DNA of 64,000 bases from NCBI RefSeq assembly GCF_006345805.1, contig NC_043004.1, positions 48,732,001 to 48,796,000 of the forward strand, in the 5' to 3' direction. Numbering within the stretch: position 1 is the stretch's first letter; each line of letters opens with the position of its first letter. Shown in pieces: positions 1-9,399 of this stretch. This stretch comes from Octopus sinensis. Lineage: Eukaryota. Under the pieces are notes generated by a model, which searched no databases, was not told where the DNA came from, and saw nothing but the letters and a program-made list of their open reading frames with translations. The translations under genes and the position numbers were made by a program.

Positions 1-689
1 GCAAGACCAGGACCTGCTCACTGGGTTTGTGGATCCAGCAAAGGTCTTCGAAATAACCAAGAAAGAAAGGGATCTTCTCTGAAACTTTAGTTGCTCGCCC
101 TAGTTTGTGACTAGTCTTACATTTCTACATTTCTGTAATGGCCTAAGTTACTGTTGTTGAAGGGCAGAAATCTGAACCCAGATTCGGGTATAACTCTGTG
201 CTGGCTCCTGTCTTGTGAGTCACTCACTCCTTCCTCATTCTTTTGTGAATCAATGTTAAGCAGATGGATAGAAAGGAGAAATGCTAGTCACTTGTAACTA
301 CTGACTCGATGGAAACTTTTTCAATATCAGAAAGCTGCCATCATCAAGTTCAGATCTGAACGTGTCATTGAATAACAGTTATTGGCTAAACTGGCAAAAT
401 GACCATTCCAAAATACAACAATATATGTTGATGACTGCCCTCTATAGCCTTCACTCAGGAAGACTTTCAAGCCATAATTTCATTCACGCACAGCTTCGAT
501 ATTCAGAGTGGTCTACCTCCTGAAAATGTCGATCGTATTATAAATTTCTAACTAAAGGATTCAATTTTGCATTAATATCTGGTCCTAGATAGATAGAGAG
601 GGTGGGGGAGTAAATAGTAAGAGAGAGAGAGGGAGAATAGTATTAGGTCATCCCTTAAATAGTCCAGCTTTTAATACTTCTTTTATTTT

Positions 690-1510
690 TCAAAATTTAG
701 ATAAAGTTATTTTTTTAATCTAAAATACACACTCCTTCATTTTCTACAATGCTCTTCAATCTATCTTGTAGACTTGCAAGGCCCCTCTTCCAAAATTCAC
801 TTGTCTGTGATGAAAAATCTCCTCCAGTACTGTCCTGATATTAAAATCAAAGATGGTCGTTTTTCTTCTAGTGCTGACTTAAGCCGCTCAAGCTGCTCGC
901 AGTAGATCTCCTTTGTTATCATTTGGTTTGGGTTTAAAAGTTCAAAGTGGACTAAACCTTTCATATCCCACCAAACAGAAAACAACACCTTACATGGGTG
1001 AAGACCTTCTTTAGCCTGGGGGGTGCTGGTGTTTCTCGTTTACCAACCTACTGTCTTAGGTGCTTGACATTTTTATAGAGAAGCCATTTCTCATCACCAG
1101 TCACTATTCAGTCCAAAAAAGGTTCATTTGTGAGACGTGACAGCAAAGTAGAGCACACATTCACTCTCTGCGCACAATTAGACTTGGAAAGTTTGTGAGG
1201 ACCCAATTTGCTGACTTTTCTGATGGCACGCAGGTGTTGATGAATGGTTGAATGACCAAATCCAAGCTTCTCTGCTAGTTCCCCAAAAGTTACGATGGGA
1301 TTTTGTTCCACCAGGATTTGCAGGACGTCCTCGTCGAGCTCTACAGATCTTCCAGGACGAGGCTTGTGTTCTTGGCTGTAGTTCCCGGTTTGGAATTTCT
1401 GGAAACACCATTGACACTAGCTTACGCTTATTACGATCCCCATGTACTGCATTAATATTCCTCGCACTTTCCGTTGTAAAATATGCCGAATATGCCCCTT
1501 TGTCACTTCC
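690..1510 (-). pseudogene. mariner transposase pseudogene
   Basis: Minus-strand pieces: N-terminus EVTKGHIRHIL; HTH ELAEKLGFGHSTIHQHL; KLGPHKL (WVPHEL-like); GDEKW; HPCKVLFSVWWD; C-terminus EFWKRGLASLQDRLKSIVENEG. Frameshifts present; the HDNA..YSPDL catalytic region appears deleted. Confidence 0.9.
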
Positions 1511-1575
1511 TTTATAGTTTTGAAAAAATAACTGAAAATCGAATAGCACTGTTCAAAACTTGCACTAAGAATAAG

Positions 1576-3169
1576 TAACTTTTAATTACCCACAAGGGGC
1601 TGGTATAGAGGGGACAACACAAAAACGTGGGGACACATAACATGAAAAAAATAAAATAAAAAAAATAAAATTTAAAATATGGTAACATGAATGATACATG
1701 AAAATGAAACATGAAAGTGAGTTGCTTGCCTCACCTCAAGTAGCAAAACTTATTTCCTTCTGAATCCCAAGTCCTTCAAAATGTCCAATCCGAATTTTTC
1801 TCAGTTCTTCATATTCTACTTTTACCGGTATCCTTTACAGGTTCACATCAGTCTTCCAATATTTACAACCTTTTTTATATTTTGCAATCACTTCCTTCAG
1901 GCTCTGAGACACGTGTACACACATGTGCCAACCCACAACATTCGTGTATCCCTCCACATCCACAAATTTTGCTGTCTTCCTCCTTGTTACCTCATTTATT
2001 AGTTCCTCGTCTACATCCTCTCTCAACACACATACATAGCTATTTTCACAGGGGTGGCGGTGTATTTTGTGTGTTTTGTGATGTCTGTTTCTCTCTTTTT
2101 TTACATTGTGAAGGCAGGGAATGGGTGGGTTTGGTGTCTGTGGGGAGAGGGTGGGTCTCAGAGGTTATGGATGGGGATGGCTTGGGGTTCCACATCACAC
2201 TGTCCTTTCTTCCTTCTGCAACTGTCCATAATTCTTCCTTTTTCCTTTCTTCCATCTGTACCTCCTCTTGCTTCTTCTCCAACTCTTTATCCACTTTTTC
2301 CAGACTATGCTTCTGCGGAGGGCAGTGTGCTCTAATGTGGGCCTTTTGGCCACATTTAAAACAGCGAGGGATTCTTCTCTCCACTCACACTCTCAAGATT
2401 ATGTCTCCCACAGTCACCGTCTCCGCCAAATCTTCCAAGGATTATACTTCAGCCTGAACAAGAAGTTCTAATGTTTTTCCTTTCCACATCATCTCCTCCG
2501 TTTCTGTGACTTGGAGGACAGCCACTTCCTCCTCACTTCTGAGGAGGACAGCCGCCGCAACCCAAGCCATATCTGTGTCTGGCAAGATTCCCTCTACCCT
2601 GATCTTGGATGTCCTTCTTCCAAGATACATGAGTAGAAGGACCACTTTATTCGACTTCACCGTGTTTACAGCCAGCCTCCTTGCTACTTCCTCCATCTTA
2701 AACTGGACCACCACCGTCCCATATTTGCTTCGTCTTGCCAAAAACACCATATCCTTAGATACCGCGCACAATGCCTTCTCAGTTGTTTCAGCTTCTACTA
2801 GGTCTACCTTTTTCTGTTCCACTAAATGAACATGCTTCATCATGTCCTCCATAACTTTCAGTGGAGATGATGACTTCATGTCACCACCTACTTTATGTGC
2901 CATTTTTTGATGTTCTTCCATTTCAGACAAGTCTATTTCATTCCTTTTTAACTCCAATTCCTCAGTGAAGCTCTTTTTTTTTTCCCCAACACATCTGTCC
3001 ATTCTGTTTACTGCCTTTACTAATTCCTTCTCTGAAGTGGACAATTCCAACCTGCTAAAGTTCAAATAGAACATTTTTCAATTAGCCATCGCTACCTCTC
3101 TGGGTAAACAGCTGCAAAGCAGCACAAAAATCGACACTTCAATACAACTCGATACATGTTAAAAAAATA
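1576..3169 (-). mobile_element. gag/ORF1-only retroelement unit A (Tx1/L1-type ORF1 with CCHC zinc knuckle)
   Basis: Broken ORF from ATG 3089 to ~1835 (track ORFs 2442-3074, 2046-2384, 1835-2029). Knuckle CFKCGQKAHIRAHC (CX2CX4HX4C) at 2322-2363. ~250 bp T-rich 3' UTR ending CCCCTTGTGGGTAATTAAAAG. No endonuclease or RT. Confidence 0.75.
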
Positions 3170-3189
3170 CGACTTGTACAAAGAATAAG

Positions 3190-4370
3190 TTGATTTTTTT
3201 ATTACCCACAAGGGGACATATAAAAACGGAAAAAAAAGGAAAAAATAAAAAATTAAAATGTATGATATACATGAATGATACAATGAAAATGAGTTATTTG
3301 CCCCACCTCATGTAGCCTCACTTGCTTCCTTTCATCTTTTAAATTCCGTGGGGTGGATATGGTATTGGGGTTCTACTTCACTCTGTCCTTTCTTCCTCTT
3401 CCTTTTTCTTCCTTCAGTCACCATCCACTGTTCTTTGTTTCTCTTTTCTTCCTGCTGCACCATCTCCAGCTCCTTTCCAACTTCCTCCTGACTTCTCTGC
3501 TTCTGTCAAGGGCAGTGTGACCTTTTTTTGGCCACATTTAAAGCAACGAGGGGTCCTGCCCTTCACCCACACTCTCAACACTACATCTCCAATGGTCACC
3601 ATTTCCACCACATTTTCTAGTGTTTCTGCAGTGCTCTGTATTATCAGGTCCAATGTTTGGCCTTTCTATACTGAATTTTCTGTTTTCGTGGCTTGGAGGA
3701 CGGCTATTTGTTCTTTACTTCCTAAAAAAACAGTCGCCGCATCCCAAGCTACATCTATTTCCGGTGGGATTCCTTCCACCCTAATCCTTCTTCCAAGATA
3801 AGTGGGTAGAAGGACCACTTTATCCAACTTTACTATGGTTACTCTGTGTTTTTTTGCTTTCCCTTCTGTCTTGAAATGGACCAAAATTGTTCCATATCTG
3901 CTTTCTCTGGCAAGATATGTTATGTCTAGCCAGACGGAGCACAACAACTTTTCTATTATTTCTGCCTCAACATTTTCAATTTTCCTTCCGTCCACTGAGT
4001 ACATCTTGTATATTACTGTCTTCTTTTCCATTTCTTCCAATACTTTCTGTGGCAGTGACAACTTAACGTCACCACCTATCCTACATGCCATTTTCTTGTA
4101 TTTCTCCATGTTTGTCAGGTCCACCTCCCTTTTTGTGACTTCTTTCACTTCCGCAAAACTTTTCTCCCTTAAGCACTTGTCCATTCTATCAACTGCTCAT
4201 ATGAGCTCTTCCTCCGAAGAGGACAATTCGGACCCACTAAGGTCCGAATAGAACATGTTTCTTACTGTTGACATTGCTGACCCTCCTCACGGCGGAGAGA
4301 AAGCACAACCAGAAAACCTCTTCAAAGCAGCACAACACACTCCTCAACAAAAAAACAATTCTCACAGAAC
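3190..4370 (-). mobile_element. gag/ORF1-only retroelement unit B, diverged paralogue of unit A
   Basis: ATG 4274; MFYSDLSGSELSSSEEEL aligns with unit A MFYLNFSRLELSTSEKEL. Both units share YLGRR.IRVEGI.P and RVWVKGRTPRCFKCGQK. Knuckle interrupted by a small deletion. The 3' UTR is homologous and ends CCCCTTGTGGGTAATAAAAAAA. Confidence 0.72.
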
Positions 4371-4412
4371 AAACTTGCAGTGAGAATAAGGACAAGGTAA
4401 AATTACTGCCTT

Positions 4413-4420
4413 CTTTTATA
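4413..4420 (-). promoter_or_regulatory. candidate TATA box of the mariner promoter
   Basis: TATAAAAG on the minus strand ~75 bp inside the 5' TIR and ~25-35 bp upstream of an Inr-like CTTATTCTCACTG. Confidence 0.5.
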
Positions 4421-4949
4421 GCAAGTTGATACAGGTAGTTTATCCCGTCCCCCTCCGAATTTTAGATCATGCATTATTTATGGGACGACCCAATATAAGA
4501 GACATCCAAGCACTATAACAAATGTAAAGAATTCACTCTTGTGGCACAATATTTGATGGGTCTTTGCAATGCCTATTTTCAAAATAAATTAGTTAAATTG
4601 TGTGATTTTGACATCCGTACACATTATGAAGCATCTGAGGTCGAGAGTAACAAATCCGCTGACTGCAGCTCTGCGAATTGACAGTGGTGAGTGACACGGA
4701 GCCAGAGAAAGAAAAAGAGGATTGTACGAAGTGTGAAGGAAATTTGATGGTGTCTCAAGCTTAAAGCGTAAAATTTGGTGTAAGAAAACTTAACACTAAT
4801 CTAGCATTTATTGCTATGAAATATTAGAATAATATATTTTGATCGGAAAAGAAGAAAAGAAAAGACGCAACATCTCTCCGAATGAAATATCATTTGATAA
4901 AATATCATTTCAAATGAAACCTTTTTCAAAAAAATTTGTTCTGAAATTA

Positions 4950-5500
4950 TGTTTCTTTCTCCTTTGTTTTACTTGCTTTGTGGGTGTGTATTTTTTTTTT
5001 ATACCTTTCAAATAGATATCACAAAGCAACTGTATCTATAGCAAGCCATCCATTAAAACCTCGTATTGATTCTCTAGCATTGACTAGCAACATTGCCTTG
5101 CAGTCTTCTATAGCAAGTTGTTGAGTGAGATTTTAATTTAAGAAAAATTCATGTTTAATGAATGATAGTAGATGAGAAGAAACGACCTGTTGGAAAGTAT
5201 CAGTGGGGCTGAAAAAGTAATTCATCTACGGCATTATATTCCTTAATTTCAGTGAACAGTGAGCGAATGAAATATGAATATTATACAGACTATGTAGTAT
5301 AAACTGATATTGTAAAAATAGACACAGTCATTGAAGAAAGGAGGAACAGTCATGGTTTGGTAATAATATATGAAAGCGACAAAACTATTCCGACATGCAT
5401 CTCTCTTAAAATTATTAGTGCTGTAGATGAGGAAGGAAATATAAATGTATTTAACACTGTTATCTTAATTCATAACTGTTTGTTTTTGTAATACTGTTTA
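4950..5500. repeat. unclassified dispersed repeat (second copy ~34020-34340 and 34720-34780)
   Basis: Clear colinear similarity by eye, e.g. GTATTGATTCTCTAGCATTGACTAGCAAC is identical in both copies. Confidence 0.75.
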
Positions 5501-6056
5501 TTTTGTTAATCTTCAGAAATTATTGTTTTACTCAGTGTAAAGCTATGCAATACGTTACAGATTATTTGTTTAAAAAAAATCTTTTCGTTAACATTTTGTG
5601 CCAATGTGACCCTATAATACATCATTCTACACAATCCTCCACCATTATAAAGTGGCTCAGAATGTTCCCAGAACTAAGATTTGGCAATATATGTGTGTGT
5701 GTATATATACACACATATATATACATATATATGTAAATATATGCATATATATGTATGTATATACATGAGTATATATATATACATATATATGTATATATAT
5801 GTGTATATATATATATACATATATATATATAAGTAAATGTATATATATATATATATACATATAAATATGCATATATATGTGTATATATATATACACATAT
5901 AATATGCATATATATGTATGTATATACATGAGTATATATATATACATATAAATATGCATATATATGTGTGTATATATATATATATACACATATAAATATG
6001 TATATATATGTGTATATATATATACACACATATAAATATGTATATATATATGTGTG

Positions 6057-6087
<31 letters not shown>

Positions 6088-6098
6088 AAATATGTATA

Positions 6099-6142
<44 letters not shown>

Positions 6143-6800
6143 TACATATATATATTAATGGATGAATGAATTATCCTTTGTTTACAGTTAACACAGAAAA
6201 TTCAGTAAACAATTACCAGGTTAGCAAAATTCACACAAGTAACAAGGATGTATCGACCTATTCAAAGGTAGAAACTCCGGGTTAATTTGCAGTAATTTGT
6301 ATAGTATAAGTAAATAAATGGAGTTGAATGCAGGTGTTATTCAAATTCTTTTACTTTCGACATATGTTTTGAAGACAACATTGTTTTTATCCCAAAGGAA
6401 TAAAACCAATGTTGTTGAAAGTAAAGGAATTTGAATAACACCTACGTTCAATTTCATTTATTTACTTATATATATATATATGTATATATGTATATATATG
6501 TGTATATATATGCGTATATATATGTGTATATATATATGTATATATATATTTATATATATGTATATATATATTTATATATATGTATATATATGTATATATA
6601 TGTGTATATATATATGTATATATATATGTATATATATATGTATATGTGTGTATATATGTATATTATATGTATATAATTAATTAATAGGGTGAGAGAATTA
6701 GATACTAATTTATAGTATATTATTCAACACCAAGTGGCCTAGTGCTACGAGAAACCTGGATTATTATAATATTTTATAACATATATAATATTTTTACAAA

Positions 6801-7212
6801 ATAAATATAAGAGAGTGGTCACTATATTGCTCACTCTAGCACCAGTTAATCCAAAAGGTTTCAACCACGAAAATACATGTTTCCCATGAAAGCCAGTACG
6901 ACCGTTAGCTCACACGGACAGGGCAAGTAAAAAATAACAAAAATACAGATTATTTTGGGACAATTGTTTCGCTATTAATGAATTAAATGTAATATTACTT
7001 ATTTTTTTTTTTGTAAGTATATTACATTTAATTCATTAATAGCGAAACAATTGTCCCAAAATAATCTGTATTTTTGTTATTTTTTACTTGCCCTGTCCGT
7101 GTGAGCTAACGGTCGTACTGGCTTTCATGGGAAACATGTATTTTCGTGGTTGAAACCTTTTGGATTAACTGGTGCTAGAGTGAGCAATATAGTGACCACT
7201 CTCTTATATTTA
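6801..7212. repeat. near-perfect ~200 bp inverted repeat with ~12 nt T-rich spacer
   Basis: Left arm ~6801-7001 is the reverse complement of right arm ~7014-7212, with only about two single-base indels seen, both near the arm ends. Confidence 0.95.
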
Positions 7213-7288
7213 TTTTATATATGTATATATATGTATATATATGTATATATATGTATATATATATGTATGTATATATATGATATATATG

Positions 7289-7327
<39 letters not shown>

Positions 7328-7489
7328 GTATATATATATGTATTATCTATATATGTATTATCTATATATGTATATATATATATGTATATATATGTATATA
7401 TATATGTATATATATATATGTATATATATGTATATATATATGTATATATATATATGTTATATATATGTAATATATATATGTATATAATG

Positions 7490-7520
<31 letters not shown>

Positions 7521-7781
7521 GTATATATATGTATATGTATATATATATATGTATATATTTGTATATGTATATATATGTATATGTATATATATATATATGT
7601 ATATATACATATATATGTATGTATATATATATATGTATATACATATATATATACATATATATACATACATGCATATATATATATGTATATATGTATGTAT
7701 ATATATATATATGTATGTATATATATGTATATATACATATATTATACATACATGCATATATATATATATGTATATATGTAT

Positions 7782-7815
<34 letters not shown>

Positions 7816-7980
7816 TGTATATATATTATATGTATATATGTATGTATGTATATATATATATATATATATTGCTTATTCTGATTATAATCACCCCACTGAT
7901 TTTTATGGATAACACCATTCAAAATTCTGGTGCATCTAAATTTAAGTACCATATTCATTTGAATCTAAATTTTTGCTGAA

Positions 7981-8029
<49 letters not shown>

Positions 8030-8103
8030 AATGTGACCATGTGTGTACCGTTGGTGATTTTTTTCCCTCCGTCTTCCCTTCTCTGGATCTTTCCTTTTCT
8101 TAA

Positions 8104-8138
8104 GTTTCTGACGAAGAGCTCCACTCGAAACGTTAAAC
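8104..8138 (+). ncRNA. minimal type I hammerhead ribozyme motif (Penelope-like element terminal repeat type)
   Basis: GTTT-CTGACGA-A-GAG ctcca CTC-GAAA-CGTT-AAAC: stem I GTTT/AAAC, CUGANGA core, stem II, GAAA, palindromic ACGT stem III, predicted cleavage after 8134. Confidence 0.75.
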
Positions 8139-8324
8139 CCTTCTTCCCTTCCTTCCTGAGCGTCCAATAATACTATATTTGTTCCACGTCCTCGCGTTGT
8201 TGTGTTTTCTCTTTGTGTTTTCATGTTTGGATTAACTATATATATTATATATATATATATATTATATATGTATAAGGGTGGAAAGGAATATATATATATA
8301 TAGGTTAGGGTTAGGGTTAGGGTA

Positions 8325-8355
<31 letters not shown>

Positions 8356-8358
8356 ATA

Positions 8359-8404
<46 letters not shown>

Positions 8405-8405
8405 G

Positions 8406-8500
<95 letters not shown>

Positions 8501-8504
8501 GCAC

Positions 8505-8547
<43 letters not shown>

Positions 8548-8868
8548 TATATATACATATACATATATATGTATATATGCATATATATATGTGTGTGTGT
8601 GTGTGTATATATATAACCGAGTTCATATTTTCTTCTCAAATTTCTTTACGCACTAATACTCTCTCATACACACACACACACTCTTCTCATACACACACAC
8701 ACACTCTTATGTTGGAGGGAGATCATTTAACCCTATTATCTCCCCTAATTTCGCTCTTGCATCTCACGTTTGATCTTTGACTTCTGGCCGAAATCAAATC
8801 GCCATGTTGATTCACTAGCCTCTGCACACATTTTTTCTCTCCTTCTTTCTGTGTTTCTTCTCTGTGTA

Positions 8869-8906
8869 TCTTTCTGTTGAAGAGCGTAGGCTCGAAACGT
8901 TAAAGA
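8869..8906 (+). ncRNA. minimal type I hammerhead ribozyme motif with variant core (CUGUUGA)
   Basis: TCTTT-CTGTTGA-A-GAGC gtag GCTC-GAAA-CGTT-AAAGA: 5-bp stem I, 4-bp stem II, palindromic ACGT. The normally conserved A6 is U. Confidence 0.65.
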
Positions 8907-9053
8907 CTTGTTTTATTTATATTTCCTGAGCGCCATACTAATACAATTGTTTGTTTGTATTCCACCTGCCTTCGTCTTTTGTTTATTTCCGTAAACCTGC
9001 CTTTGTCTTTTGTCTATTTTCATAAAGCTTCCCGTTATATATATGTATATATG

Positions 9054-9150
<97 letters not shown>

Positions 9151-9157
9151 ATATATA

Positions 9158-9190
<33 letters not shown>

Positions 9191-9399
9191 ATATATATGT
9201 ATATATGTATATATATATATGTATATATGCATATATATATGTGTGTGTGTGTATATATATATAACCAAGTTCATATTTTCTTCTCAAATTTCTTTACCTA
9301 TATTGTGTCATGTCTTCGCTATGTTATGAAATATGGAGTTCCAGGCAGGAGAAGGTAATCAGGGATTTTTTCCGCTATATGGGAGATGATCAGAGATGT

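Larger units (their letters stand above)
641..4495 (-). mobile_element. Tc1/mariner DNA transposon (defective) with ~2.8 kb of internal insertions
   Basis: Left end TATTAGGTCATCCCTTAAATAGTCC (641-665) vs reverse complement of 4471-4495, TATTGGGTCGTCCCATAAATAATGC: 20/25 identical, both ending in TA. Transposase remnants lie between 690 and 1510. Confidence 0.88.
5680..9262. repeat. cluster of long degenerate (TA)n/(TG)n microsatellites interrupted by short unique islands
   Basis: Tracts at ~5680-6160, 6470-6675, 7215-7870, 7985-8025, 8230-8615 and 9037-9262. Confidence 0.95.

Noticed and set aside
1882-4251. Plus-strand ORFs (e.g. 1882-2457, 3802-4251, and likewise 14637-14987, 34786-35163)
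   Set aside because: They are antisense shadows of the transposon ORFs on the opposite strand.
5622-9358. Many long Y/I/M/C/V-rich ORFs in the track
   Set aside because: They are translations of (TA)n/(TG)n microsatellites, which lack stop codons in most frames.
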